DNA from: Octopus sinensis
Taxonomy: Eukaryota
DNA length: 64,000 nucleotides
Assembly (NCBI RefSeq): GCF_006345805.1
Contig: NC_043004.1
Location: forward strand, 61,690,001 to 61,754,000
Direction: 5' to 3'
Below the pieces are notes generated by a model. The model did no database searches, had not been told where the DNA came from, and saw only the letters and a program-made list of their open reading frames with translations. The translations under genes were made by a program, and so were the position numbers. Numbering within the stretch: the first letter of the stretch is position 1; each line of letters begins with the position of its first letter. Positions 27,256 through 42,114 of this stretch are shown here, one piece after another.

Positions 27256-27873
27256 TAGAAAATAATGTCGTACGAGAAGTGAAAACATTACCTCAAGATA
27301 CAAACCAGATCAACAAAGTATGTCAATATATTTAAATTTCCAAGGGAAAAAATATTCCAATATGGCTAAATAAGTCGACTCAGAATCTATTCATATCTGT
27401 ATCATTTCAAAATATTGAGAATGAAATTTTTGATATCAATTAAGATACGTACAGAATTCATCCTGGCAATATTCAATTAATATTTATCCTATATTTCTTA
27501 ATAAAAAATAAAAATGGCTTCACCAAAAATAATTATACTAAAATAATTTGTCAATTTTGAAATAGACGTAGGCAGATATATGTCTGTATGTAGGCCATAT
27601 GTGTATTATGTTCATATATGTGCGTGTGCGTAGTGTGCATCTGTATGTATGTATACTTATGTATACGTTCGTGTGTCGTAATGTATATGACAGTGTACGT
27701 AATACAATGAGCAGTGTTAATTGGTATTGAAATCTAAACCATATTAAAATGGATAGAAGTAAGATTACTTAGTGAATTTGAATTGCTTTAGAATCATTCA
27801 AAATTTTACCACATGACATATATGCGGGGCTGCTGTGAGGGCGTGCGTGAGGTTGGGATTCGTGAGATTCGTG

Positions 27874-27928
<55 letters not shown>

Positions 27929-28132
27929 GTGTGTGTGTACAAATGTAGAAAGACAGATAGGTAGATAAATAGATAGATAGATAGATAAATAGATAGACAG
28001 ATAGATGAACATATATACTATGTAGGTATGTGTTTATATATATATATATATATCTTTCTGCTTTTGTTTTTCTCTCTCCATCACTCTCTCTATATGTGTG
28101 TGTGTTTGTATACATACATATATGTATGTATG

Positions 28133-28185
<53 letters not shown>

Positions 28186-28412
28186 TTGTGTGTGTATGTA
28201 ATTGTGAGTGTTTGTGTATATATATATCACTGTATATGTATATATTGAAAACATATAATTATATGTATGCAAGAGAAATTAGTTGCATCATCTGATTACT
28301 TGTGCATAGCTTGCTCCTATTTGAAGTGTTGCGTGGAGTCAGTGCGAAAGCAAATCCAACGATCATTAAAATATTTTATATCTGAAAGTATTTTGTTTCA
28401 TACAAGGTGATT

Positions 28413-28502
<90 letters not shown>

Positions 28503-28768
28503 ATGCGTGTGTGTACGTTTGTATGTATGTATTTTCCATATTCCTGTGTATGTGTGTTTGTGCGTGCGTATTCTGTGTACCGCTATCTCTATGTATATGC
28601 ATGTCTGAGTGTGTCTATGTGTATGAGTTTGTGTCACTAGGTACTTGCATCTGTTAAGCATGCATGCGTCACGATATCTGCCATTGTGTATATGTGTATA
28701 TTTTCTGTGTGTGAGTGAGCGTTCTGTCTGTATTACCTATGTACTTATCTATCTACTTATATACATAT

Positions 28769-28845
<77 letters not shown>

Positions 28846-29163
28846 ATATATACATACATACATAATACATATAATTATATATATGTGTGTGTGTATGTAT
28901 ATATATATATATATATATATATTGTCAAGTTAGAATACATACAGAATTAATGTATAAAAGTTAATTTATTAATTATTTAACATTTTCAGCCACAATTGTT
29001 TCATTTCACGATCAAAATTAAAATAACAAAACATATATATGTATATATAAAAATGACAAGGTGTGCCTATCTGTATGCATGCAACAGTAAATATTCTGAT
29101 TTTTCGTACAAGGTATTTAAAACGCAAGGTTATATATTTATGTTAATTTTATCTATATATCTA

Positions 29164-29239
<76 letters not shown>

Positions 29240-29241
<2 letters not shown>

Positions 29242-29810
29242 ATAAATTTCAGAGAAGTACAGACCCCAATATCTATCCAATTAGGAACATTTGAGTGGTT
29301 CTTCGTGTAAGCCCAAAGCGTTTCTAGAACACTTTTTATATTTTCCATCTCGTATAACTTATGATAGACCCAAACGTTACTGAGAGTAAGGTCCGGACAA
29401 TAGGGTGTGTGAGGGAATGTTGTGATGCCCACCTCTGTTATGCAGCTTATTGTAAGGATAGAATTATCGATTAACGCATTATCTTGCACTCGTCCTGGCT
29501 GTTTTTGACATTAAATTCCCTTCTTGAACTGTCTGAAAACCATGGCAAATTATTCCATGTTGATATTGGACTGTGCTCCTCTTTCGCTAAATTTGATTTT
29601 CTGGTAAGAGAGAACTCAGTGGGTTTTTTCACGCTGGAGACCATCTTAAGTTTCCAGGTGGAGCTGCTGTGCCGGATGTTCTGTGCCAACGAAAAATAGA
29701 TACCCGGCTCATACAAGTTAATCCATACTCTTCCGGATCATTTCATATGTTTCTGTAGGGTTTTCATCCTGTTTGACAAAAATCTTTCTGTGCATTCCTT
29801 CTATATGGGC
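29240..29810 (-). pseudogene. decayed, internally deleted mariner (DD34D) transposase
   Basis: Minus-strand translations QDNALIDNSIL...FPHTPYCPDLTLSNVW (QDNA and YSPDLAP-like motifs) and TCMSRVSIFRWH (HTH region); many frameshifts. Confidence 0.75.
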
Positions 29811-30439
29811 TACACTTTCTGACTCCATTCTGCAGAGTAGCCAGTAGTGACAAGCCGTGCTTCTTAGGGTGTGTTGAAAATATTACTACGTCTTGCTTCT
29901 TCTATCTGAAACAACAAAACTCAGCATATCAGCTTATTAGTTGCATTTTGAATAGATACTAAAATTACATTAATTTTGGGCAGTTATAATTTAAAAAAGC
30001 CTCGAAATTTTCGGAAAGTTTCCATATTACCTTTCACTATGAAATCTATAACAAACCCAACTGTGAGATGTTGTCGCTTACATGTCACATGGTAACTTAA
30101 AGTTACATAAGCTACAGACGAAGTCTCCGAAATAAATGGAATTTAAATCACATGTTGTCGTGGTGATGAATTGTGTGATGGTTCATCCTTTGAGAATCTT
30201 AAAGCAGATTTTGGATAACTGAGGAGACGTTGTCGCAAAATGTCTGGAAAGCATATATTGTGATAACTTTTCCATGAAAATACCTACATAAAAATGAATT
30301 AATAATACGAATGTTTTGAAATTTTGACTGAGGCCAGGAAATTTTGGAGGATATATTTTATTAAACATAAATGAAGTAAATAACAGCAACAAAAACGACA
30401 AAAACAATAACAAAAGCAGCAGCTAGAACAATACTGATG

Positions 30440-30483
<44 letters not shown>

Positions 30484-30491
30484 AATAATAG

Positions 30492-30553
<62 letters not shown>

Positions 30554-30651
30554 AATGATAATGAAAATGATAATAATAATAATAGATATTAATAATAATA
30601 ATAATAATAATAATGATAATAATAATAATGAAAATGATAATAATAATAGAT

Positions 30652-30737
<86 letters not shown>

Positions 30738-30758
30738 TATTAATAATAATAATAATAA
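30440..30758. repeat. (AAT)n microsatellite array at the 5' flank of the R4/Dong element
   Basis: Direct reading. Confidence 0.95.
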
Positions 30759-33243
30759 GAGAACACCGAGGACGTTTAACGAAGAGAACACCGGGGACGT
30801 TTATCATGTGAGAGCGATAAAACATTGCTCCGAAATCTATCCACAAACATCGGAAACAAAGGCATTGCATGGAGCCAAAAAATAACTGACAAACGATTGG
30901 ACTATATCTGAGTAAGTAATAGTCATTGAAATGTATTACTATTTTCCAAACGAAATTATGTATTTTAACGCGAAATCATCTCCACCTCTCACACATCACA
31001 ACATGTAAACATGATTAATATATTACGATCCATCATCACCAGATCATCTCTGGCCCCAAACACCTTGTACAAAAAGACTACGAAGAAATTAAATAACAAC
31101 GATATTATCCAACCCAAGAATAACAATCGGGAAGTGCCGACTTTGAACCTGTTACACAGAAAGTACGAAAGACTACACGTGCAAAACAGTGTGACAACAG
31201 AAATTAAAGGACCGGTATCCTACGAAAATGACGACAGTCAAAATAAGGGGCCGGACGTTGTTCTTCATGTCCCGCAAATAAAACCAAAAATGCATTAATG
31301 GACACGTGAGGAATATATTTCAATCCTACACGCTTACTTTACAGCAGTGCTCTACCCAAAGAACGAAAACACAACATATACATATAAAATATGGAAGAAA
31401 AATAACATAAATAAAGACTTGGATACAGCAATGAACCCTAATAAACTAGCTAACGAACGAAGATATATTCTCAACGCAACAAAAATCAGAAATAGAAATA
31501 GAACATTTAAAAGAAAGAATACATCAGGAAAATCTAGATAGAAGCCACACAACAATGTCAAATAATATGAACACTGAGATAGTAAAACACGAAGACAAAC
31601 GTAACATTCCCAACAAAAACGATGTAAACAAAAAACAGCAAAACCAGACCGTAAGGATGCATAATAATGCACGACAAGCAACAAGCCAAAACACAACAGA
31701 CAAACATACGAACGAGAAAGAAAGCGACACAAATCTAAAACCTGGAAACCACGAAAGGGAGCCTAATGATTATAATACTATAAAAAGTAGATTAATCAAA
31801 GAACTGAAAAACACAAATCTCAAGATGGACGACCGACCATACCTCTCAAAGATCAAAATAGACAAAACAACAACATCAATTATAAACAGCATAAACGTAG
31901 CCATCACAGAACTAATAGCCACTGAAACAAATAGGGATATCACAGAGCTAAATGACTTAGTATATGCAGCAGCCACTACAGCCACAAAAGAAGCTGGATT
32001 CTCGCTCAAACCCATCCAAACAGGTGTACCATCACCCAAACAAACCCTGTGGATAAATAAAATCCAAAAGAAAATGCAAAAAATGAGAAAAGATTTGTCG
32101 ATTCTTAACGAAATCAGTAGACAATCAACGCTACTAAGTAACAAAAAGAAAACAAAAATACTGCGCAAATACAACATCAAAGAAAAAGATTTACCTGAGA
32201 TAACAGAAAAGCTAAAGCAAGATATCCTTGCCAGAGCACAAAGGATCCGCCGCTATGAGAAACGCCAAAGTTTCTTTCAACAAAACAAACAGTTCCACTC
32301 CAACCCCCAAAAGTTCTACCAAGAACTTGGGAAAAATAAAATAGGCATCAGTGCAGCACCAACGGCAGAAGAAGTGGAAGAATTCTGGAAAGGAATATGG
32401 TCGGCGAATGAACAACCAAAAAAAAAAGAGTATTAAAACAACAAGCATAGCATCTGAGCAACATTGGACCCCCATAACAACTGGAAGGCACCTGAGCATG
32501 ACAAGATCCCCAACTTCTGGTTGAAATATCTAACAGGAATGCACAAAAAGTTGGCTGAAAACTTTAACAACATACTGGCAGAGCCAGAAACAATGCCTGA
32601 ATGGCTCACGAAGGGGAAAACCATTTTAATTCCCAAATCCATTGAGACAGGAAAACCAGAAAACTACAGACCAATAACCTGTCTCCCTACAATGTACAAA
32701 GCATTTACTGCAGTGATATCACAAAGATTAAACAAGCATCTGGACGAAAACAACCTGTTTCCAGAAGGGCACAAAGGATGCCGCAAAGGCTCATATGGCT
32801 GTAAAGATAGAGAAATTAAGGCCAACAGACCAGATATAGTTGTCAGAGATCTTGAAGAAAAAAATGCTTCCTAATTGATGTATCAATACCAGCAGATGAC
32901 AACGTGTCTCTGAAAGAAATAGAGAAACTTTCAAAATACAAAGACCTGGAAATAGAGGTAACCAGAATGTGGAATCTAAAAACAGAAACAATTCCTATCA
33001 TAATAGGTGCATTAGGCATGATAAAAAAATATTCAGACAAATACATAACAAAAACACCGGGACTTACAAACACATATAACATACAGAAAATGTCACTGCT
33101 ATGCACTGCACACATCCTACGCAGAACACTTTCCATACAATAACCATCAGAGCATCACAACAAATCACAGCACATACCCAAGGCACACAAAGCTGCGCTC
33201 GGTAGTGAAGTGAAAGCATGCTATAAACATAAGACTACTGAAT
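30759..33243 (+). mobile_element. R4/Dong-clade non-LTR retrotransposon, 5' end retained, most of the RT deleted
   Basis: WTREEYISILHAYF (Myb-like, from 31299), ORF 31555-32436, KAPEHDKIPNFWLK and NYRPITCLPTMYK (RT N-terminus), a jump at about 32805 to REIKANRPDIVV, then LIDVSIP and EKLSKYKDL (PD..D restriction-like endonuclease). Both ends are in (TAA)n, the established Dong target. Confidence 0.85.
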
Positions 33244-33247
33244 GATG

Positions 33248-33395
<148 letters not shown>

Positions 33396-33406
33396 TAATA
33401 ATAATA

Positions 33407-34335
33407 AAGTAAAAGGCAACTATGTTTCAAATGCTGTGCATAAGACCAATGCCTGACAAACAATTATAAAAGCAAAATAAAGAAAACATGTATGAACAGC
33501 AAAAGCAGAAATTGCAACAAGCAAAATCAGACAGTAACCCACACCTTGCCAAGTATGAATATGTATACAGACACGGCAAAGTAAGCAGTTATATCCAATG
33601 GGCAATATACCAACATTAAAACATCAAAACTGACAGTAGGTAGTATAAGCATGAGCCAAGCAAGGTACAAGACAACGATCTGGCTACTATCATCGGCGAT
33701 ATGCCGGTTTAAACCGACGAAGAAATAAGGGTAATCGCTCTGACATAATAGTCGAGGATTGAAGACAAAAACATTTGCTGAGTGATAGATTTTGCAGTCC
33801 TTTCTGATGATAATATCAAAAGAAAGTGGGGATAAGTTTGCATAGTACAAAGACAACGAAATTGAAGTATTGGGAATGTGGGGCATGAAGGTAAAACCAA
33901 TTGTTATAGTAACTGGAGCAATGGGCACGATAAAAAATCATATGAAGAAACATTTAGAACCTATACATGGATCCTCGACACTGCTCCCTGTCCAAAAATA
34001 GCCTCCCAGGAACAGCCCGTATCCTACGTATGACACTATTAATCAAATAATACATCCTAAACAAGACAACTGGAAAATGCAAGACACATTCTATATAGTA
34101 TTTACCCAATGAAATAACTCCCACCATCGGCAAGCCAGAAAATACGAAGCATCACGTACTCAAAACACAATATAAGTAATAACACAACCAAAAACAGCAC
34201 CAAACCTCAAAGTAAAAAATCTAGCACAAAACAGTACCATGAAGAGCTCGCACACTCCCAACAGCTGACAAGAATACACAATACTGCACACACCCTCAGC
34301 AACACGGAGGTGTAGCAGGTGATGCAGTAGAAATT
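33407..34335 (+). mobile_element. second, older R4/Dong copy (endonuclease domain and 3' UTR only)
   Basis: Decayed translation YEYVYRHGKV...YKHEP...NRSDIIVED...IDFAV...YKDNEIEV...GAMGTI...TARILR; starts at a (TAA)n tract. Confidence 0.7.
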
Positions 34336-36184
34336 TATGTCATTCTACCAAATATTGGGCAGTTATATAATAACGATAATATTCCAGAGAGACACGCTCT
34401 CTCCACTCATTTTCTGCTTCCCACTGACACTGTTATCTGACATGGTAAAGAGTACTGGATGTGGATATAACTGTTACGGCAAAACAATCAGCCATCTCTT
34501 TTATACGGACGATTTAAAGCTTTATGTTGCAAAATATAAACAGCTGCAAACAGCTGCATGGATTTACCGAAGTAATTAACATAGAATTTAGCTTCGGAAA
34601 ATGGGCCAATGCAACATTGAAAAGGGGGAAATCTAGTTAAGAGTTACAATAGAACTCTAGATTAAGCAACTGAAATAAGAGAATTGGGCTAATGCCAGAG
34701 ATACAAATACTTAGCAATCAATGAACTAGATACGATAAAATACAAATGAAAGAGAAGACGAGAAAGGAATACTATAGACAAATTACAGTAATGGTAAAAA
34801 CAGAGCTCAAAGCGAAAATTAAGATAATAACTATCAACACTCTGGCCGTCCTAGTTATAGGTTACAGTTGCAATATTCTTAACTGGACTTTTAATGAACT
34901 AATCAAAATTGAAAGGAAAAGAGGAAAATATGAGAGGATTTACGATGCACTACCCAAAATATGACATAGAAAGGTTATACATAACAATGTATCAAAGGTG
35001 GTAGAAAAATATTACCAAATAACCATTATAGGATTACAGAAATACCTACTTCAGAAGCAGGGAAAACTGTTACTAACAACCTCAAAACACACGAACAAAA
35101 CAACACACTACTTTCTGTTTTTTTAAGGAAACTGAAAATCCAAAAAGAAGTCATAGTACCTAACAACTATGAAGAAGAAAGGAACAACTAGAACAGTAAA
35201 ACAACTGAAATCCAAATTAAATTTGGAACAGCAGCAGATCATGCTAAAATGATAGCTAGAAAGGCTCATACATGGTAAATATTGGTTTAAACTAAACAGA
35301 AAAGAAATAGACAAATCAAAATTCCAACAATGGACGGGAAGCTCAACACCCAAATCAGAGACTGAAGTATTTTTTAATTGCAGAACAAGATCAAAGCCTT
35401 CCCACCAGAAAACACCTATCAGACTTACTGAAGAGAAATATAAGTAATTGCAGAATAGGTGGTGGTGGAAAAGAAGCAAGAAATCATGTTTGCTCAGGCT
35501 GCCCAGTTCTGGCTAAGAAGGAATATATTTACATACATGAGAGTGCTGGAACCTATATACATTGTAAGCTATGGGAACACTATGGAATATCAACAGGAAA
35601 ATACGTTTCAGTCACACCAGAAACGGTTACAGAAAATGAGAAAGAAACCACACTTTCGGATATACCAATACACACAGAGAAATCAGGGCTAATGTGCAGG
35701 ATATAGTTGTCAGAGATACCCAAGAAAAAAATGCCTTCTAATCGTTGTATCAATACCAACAAATTACAAAGTTTCTTTAAGAGAAAGGCCTACTAAAAAC
35801 TGAGCAAATATAAAGATCTTGAAATAGAAATTAGCAAAATGTTGAACCTGAATACTAAAAGAATACTGTTATCATAGGTGCCCTGGGAATAATACCAAAA
35901 GAGGCTGATTGCTACCTGTCTCAGATACAAGGAAACGCAAAAATTACAGAAATTCAAAAGATAATGCTCATGGGAGCTGCTCATATCCTACGCAAAATTC
36001 TTTCTATGTCATCTCAAGTTTAAAAACAAACATACTTTTCTCGTGGTTTCTTAAACATTCTCTAGAACAACACTATGTAGAAAACCAAATATATGGCACC
36101 CTAGGCATAGCACCAACATGGACATCCAACTTGTTTCCTGAGGTTTCCAACTTGTTACAAAGGTTAAGCAAAAGTCAATCATAA

Positions 36185-36185
<1 letters not shown>
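34335..36185 (+). mobile_element. third R4/Dong copy, 5'-truncated inside the RT, decayed
   Basis: IFQRDTLSPLIFC and HLFYTDDLKLY (RT motifs), KEYYRQ...INTLAV, DIVVRD and AHILRKIL; ends in (TAA)n. Confidence 0.8.
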
Positions 36186-36259
<74 letters not shown>

Positions 36260-36260
<1 letters not shown>

Positions 36261-36814
36261 GCCCTGATGCAGTACCAGGCAGTGGCTCTCATGGCTTCTG
36301 ATCTTAACTAATTGGAAGTGTCATCATGTACATTGTTTTGTCTTGGTATAAAAGATGGGCTACAGCAAATATTCTGCTCAATACCACAGATTTGCTTGTC
36401 AGTTGTTTGACCTTAACCAGTTGAGCATGTCCCTTAGTGGCTGACGATATGTGCATCTCTGATCACAAACAGAAGTAGTGGGGGAGCATCATAGCCATGT
36501 GTTGAGATGGATTCTTTGGAGTTTGAATAATTCACCTCTGGAAACATGGGTATTTCGTTCAACATCCTAAAGCAACCCTTATTCAGGGACCTTTTGAGCA
36601 CGATGGGCTACTCGACCTGAAGAAAATTCTAACTAGGCCCCACCTGCAAGGTCATCTGCTGTTTATCTTGATATGAGATCACGATGTCGCGCACATATGG
36701 TTGTGATGCATGTGCCTGGTTTACCCTTATCAGACGGGTAGTCATGATGGGTATGCTGGGCTTCGTATATTTTACCCCAGAGTCAGTTTGATGGCATGCA
36801 CTGCTCTCTCACTC

Positions 36815-36815
<1 letters not shown>
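36260..36815. mobile_element. 556-bp non-coding element inserted in (TAA)n; no TIR, no tRNA head, no ORF
   Basis: Sharp boundaries against (AAT)n on both sides and higher GC than the flanks. Repeat status is inferred; there is only one copy in the window. Confidence 0.55.
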
Positions 36816-36862
<47 letters not shown>

Positions 36863-37596
36863 CCTGAAATTTAATAGAAACAGATTCTGCAACTTTGCAC
36901 TGCCATGTGTTTTTTGCAACACGGTAATATATGTTATGAAAGAAGAATCGTCTGGGCGGCTAGAAATATCTAAAATGTTACGGGATACAGAAGGAATTGC
37001 ATAGCCATTCCATGCAACAAAAGAAAGCATGTAGGATATGAAGAACTCTGTTTGTCACTGAAATGTAGAGACCTGAAGTGAGAGACCTAACCGTTAATTA
37101 TATCCTAATCGCGCGGGATCAAGCTATTAGGATAAACTTGTTTTAGGTAATGTATCGTAAATCTCCAAAAGAGACCTAATATAGATTGCTCGGAAGAATA
37201 GACGATACTATTAATTTATTGTGTGAATATTCTATATTAGCACGAAAGAGTATCATTAAGGTACGATTGTTTGTGTAACGGAAAACCTCGGGATGCTAAC
37301 CGGGTGTATGGGTTCAAATAAGTAAATATGTGGTGCGAACATGAATTTGGGACTGTGATAGAAGAAACACATGTTTATAGGAGTGTGTAGGACGCATGCA
37401 TGAACACATTGATGCTGAAGCAAGAAGAAGCGTTATGGTTATAGTCGTCGAAAATGTGTACGATCAAAGAATTTTATATATTATGTGATAATATAATTCA
37501 CATGCAAAAGAAAGAGCTGAGAAATATGACGAGTTACCCGGACAGATGAAATATTTGTAATAGACTAAAATGAAAATTGTCTCAGTGATAAGAGAT

Positions 37597-37888
37597 GTTT
37601 GTTCCTTGTTCCTTCTCGAGCCATGCCTGGCTCATAAGATTCAGTTTCCCGATTTCCTGGGCGTATAGGTGCTCCGCCAGGACGGGACGCCGGTCCGTCG
37701 CAAGTTAGCTGCAAGATGCAGGAGGAAAATGTGAGAGAAAGTTGTGGCGAAAGAGTCAGCAGAAGTTCGCCATTACCTTCTGCCGGAGCCGCATGGAGCT
37801 TAGGTGTTTCGCTCATAAACACACGCCCGGTCGGAGATTCGAATCCACGAGTCCGCTAATCTAACCACTAGGCCATGTGCCTCCACTT
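37597..37888 (-). mobile_element. tRNA-derived SINE family 3 (V-domain-like centre) with a 12-bp TSD
   Basis: Minus-strand head GTGGAGGCACATGGCCTAGTGGTTAG (A box) and GGATTCGAATC (B box), central GCGACGGACCGGCGTCCCGTCC, tail GGAACAAGGAACAAAC. TSD GTGATAAGAGAT at 37585-37596 and 37889-37900. Confidence 0.8.
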
Positions 37889-38826
37889 GTGATAAGAGAT
37901 GCACTAGGTACAACGCGTGAACGCTTATGGAAGGCGTTGAAAGATTTTGAAAACGGGACTTACATTGGTGACATTTCGAAACATGCATATTTTATAAGAA
38001 TCTTAAGGAAACTTCAGATTTAAAATACCTTCCAAAGCAGCAACACAAACAATATAAAATACAGTTGCTTTAATACTAAAAATAAGAATAAGAATATTGA
38101 AAGTAAGTACTAAAAATATATTTCCTTATAAAGACAAGAATTATCGGCGATGTAAGTGGGAGATATCGTTACAGAAGATAGGGAAAGCAACACGTAAAAT
38201 TGATGTATTCTATCGAATTATTAAAGAGCACTATCGCAACATCTCTTTGCGTTGGCAAAATATCTCAATGTAATTAAGTTTTACTACTCACGTGTACATT
38301 GTTCTTTATAAAATATAAATTAACATCTCTCAGTTTTCATTAAAATTTCGTGAAATTAATAAGCTTAATTAATGAATAACGATTGATTATCAATTCTAGG
38401 TAAACACGTCTCAAATCGAATATTTAAAAAAAAACATTTGTGTCATGAGAATAAAAATACAGATGTTTTCGAGAGAAAACTATTGTTTAGTGGAATGGAA
38501 AGAAAATATTATCTTATAATTAAAATACAATTTGACTCTGTTTCTATATATGCATACGCACAAAAATACACACACGCATACGAGTATACATCGAAACGTA
38601 CATAAAAACATATACGTATATCTATACAACTATGCATATATACATACTAAAAGACACACATAGACGCGAGCGCACACATATACGCACAAACACACACACG
38701 CGCGAAAGGTTAGGAAAAGAATTTGTTTTCACATCATTACTTCATATAATTGTTATAAAAATTATAAACATCTAATAATAATAATAATAATAATGATAAC
38801 AACAACAACAACAACAACAACAATAC

Positions 38827-38864
<38 letters not shown>

Positions 38865-38989
38865 TAATATTAATAATAATAATAATGATGATAATAATAA
38901 TAATAATAATAGTAATAATAATAATAATAATATTAATAATAATAAGGGATACACAAACGGTATGCATGGATATATACATGCATAGCTAA

Positions 38990-39064
<75 letters not shown>

Positions 39065-39073
<9 letters not shown>

Positions 39074-39347
39074 ATATGTTACATTACTCGATAGTCAAGA
39101 TAAAACTCTGAGTTTCAGATGACGAAGTGGGAATCTACAACGCCATCTCTTCGGTTATCTGGCTATTTCCCAGAAAAATAGCCAGATAACCGAAGAGATG
39201 GCGTTGTGGATTCCCACTTCGTCATCTGAAACTCAGAGTTTTATCTTGACTATCGAGTAATTTAACATATTATTTTATAGATAAATTTCCTCTATTTACA
39301 TAATATTGAGGTCTCTTTCTTTCTTTTGTTATCTTACCGTTTTACCA

Positions 39348-39350
<3 letters not shown>
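39065..39350 (+). mobile_element. (TA)n-embedded fold-back mini-element (104-bp arms, 7-nt loop, unique tail)
   Basis: 39065-39168 and 39176-39279 are reverse complements with 2 mismatches; tail 39280-39350; (TA)n on both sides. Confidence 0.85.
39178..39253 (+). ncRNA. variant hammerhead-like fold
   Basis: Stem I AGATAA/TTATCT plus ATAG/CTAT across an internal loop, core CCGAAGA (U4C), stem II GATG/CATC, extra U, GAAA, near-palindromic stem III ACTCAGAGT, GUU triplet. Confidence 0.45.
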
Positions 39351-39424
<74 letters not shown>

Positions 39425-39499
39425 TTTGGGAATTTATTGTGTTTTTAAATTTTGGAATCTATTTTGTTTTCTATAGTTACTTTTACGTAATCTTTTGTC

Positions 39500-40175
39500 T
39501 ATTTGCAGATCATAAAAATGGAAAGTCAAGTTAAGTAAACGAGCAATCTCGACACCTCCGTCTTTTTGCTTTTAATCAAGGTTCTAGGGCTGCAAAAGCT
39601 GCTCGCGACATTTGTGCTGTGTATGGAGAGGGTGCCATAGCTGAAAGAACTGCTCCTGTTTGGTATACACAAGTTCAAAAATGCAAATTTTGACCTTAAA
39701 GACGTACCTCGTTCTGGCCGTCCATTGAGTTCGATGACGAGCGATTAAACAAACATTTATACGAAAATTCTCGTCTAACGACAAGAAAACTGGCAGAGAT
39801 AATGGAATGATTCCACGCTGCTATAGATAATCATCTTCACTTGATGAGAAATATTCAGTATTATGGATCATGGGTTCTGCATGCTTTAAGTTACAACAAC
39901 AAGAATCAACGAGCCACAATCTCCGCTGGTTTACTACACTCATTGTACTCTCCTTATTTGGCACCGACGGATTTCCACCTCTTTCGATCTCTTCCGAAAT
40001 GCTATGCGCGGATTGTTGTTCAGTATCGATGAAACTTGTTGAATGTTGGGAAGAAGTTTTAAATAAGAAGAGTGAATAAATTATTGATTAATTAGTTGTT
40101 ATCTTTTATTGAACCTTTTTTAAAATTCAAATTAAAAGAAAAAACGTCGGAAACTTAGTTGTCACAACCCAATGT
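39500..40175 (+). pseudogene. decayed, internally deleted mariner transposase
   Basis: AARDICAVYGEGAIAERTA, DLKDVPRSGRP, WVLHAL (WVPHAL) and YSPYLAPTDFHLFRSL motifs; TIR-like end ACTTAGTTGTCACAACCCAAT. Confidence 0.8.
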
Positions 40176-40364
40176 ATATATATGCTTACATACATGGAAA
40201 TATCTGCAACAGTAGGCATGTACACATTTGCAGATACAGACATATATGTTTATTACTTACGTATGTATGATATATATATATGTGTGTATGTGTGTGTGTG
40301 TATGTGTTTATCTATCTATCGCTGTATCTACCCCGCTCCCTCTCACACACACTCACGCACACAC

Positions 40365-40431
<67 letters not shown>

Positions 40432-42039
40432 AATTTAGTTTTGGTAAAATATTTCTGTAACACATTTTTACTTCTAAAATCAAATTCACTGCAGTTACCC
40501 AAGAGAAAAATATTCTTTTTTTTATGTTGAAAGATATAAATCACCATATCTACACAGTGCTTGCCTCAGTGGATTGCCATATGCGTGTTTCTATCTATTT
40601 ATCCTTCCTGGGTGGCAAACAGCGAAGGTAGATCAACGTTGCTTAATCTAAAAAATATTGAACATCAGCAATGACATAATTTTCGTGAACCACCTGGTCA
40701 GAATAACTGTGGCAGCACCTGTGATAAGTAAACAGAGTTTGGGATAGTTGCAATAAGAGTGAAACATATGTTAACTTTTAAACGCTATTTAATTGTAATA
40801 TATGCAAGTGTATGTATATATAATATACACACACACATTTATATGGATTAATATCTATACGTATGCGTGTTTGTACTTTTCGCCTGTGCGTGTATATATT
40901 CGTGTGTTTCAGAATGGGATGATGAATGTGACCTTGTGTTTCTTTGTGTGTGTTGCAAGGATGTTCGTCCAGCATCAGGAAGAGTGTTAAAAGCATTCAA
41001 TATCGCAGTTATACAATTGAATTCTGAATCTCACAAAATTCATAAAACGGTCTCTCACACGGCTGTCTATTCAATAGATTTTCGTATATAACTCGTGTGA
41101 TAAGACACAAAACAAAATGTTACCACGGTAATGTATCTATCGTTAATAAGTCGCAGAGGCGACGTGAACGTTAATCATTTGCACAACTTAGAGAATATAC
41201 AACCAATATTTAACATCAGATTTAGAATCTATGCAACATTGGGGGCATGTGCCATACACAACCACATATTCATCAGATTTACTGCACCTAATTCGTTGCA
41301 GCACACTCTCTTTAGAAACGAAATAGGGACAATTCATTCGAGGGATACGAAGTAGACCACCTATACATTGATATATCGCAGTCAAAGGAACTCCTTAATT
41401 GGATCGGTTACGATACCACAAAAAATTACTTTAAAATGACTCAATAGATCCTATCCAATGCTGCTATAACTTTAGACACTGACGTGGCAAATCTCTGGCC
41501 CAAACATATCTCAGTTATTTACGTTATCTAGGTTAAATTATGGGAGTTATAGTACACTTAATTGTTCACATATTTTTGAATGATTTTGATTGTGAATTAA
41601 GAAAAGATTTGTAAATTGTTGTGTTTTATAGAAGATAAATAATTCCTAGTCTATAATGCAAACAGAGGTGGGCAGTAATACTATTAATACATATTGGTTA
41701 TTTATAATGAGTGAACACGGGCTAATGTATGTGTACACCACGTAAGGTGGATGTTAAAAAAAGAAGGTTTTGAAAGGAAGAACAAATGCAGACGGTATCG
41801 ATTGCTTGTTTTTCTGAATTATACTTATTTATTGCCAAAAACCTATACTAATAAAATATAGAATAATGGATATAAATTATTAAATGGATGGCACTCTATT
41901 ATAGCATTAAATTATTTCAATAAGTGTTTAATTTAAGTGGGGTAGTAGTATGAATAAAATGTTTATATGGATATCTATATATGTATATATATCTCTCTTA
42001 ATATATATATATATATCTATATATGTATATATATCTCTC

Positions 42040-42114
<75 letters not shown>

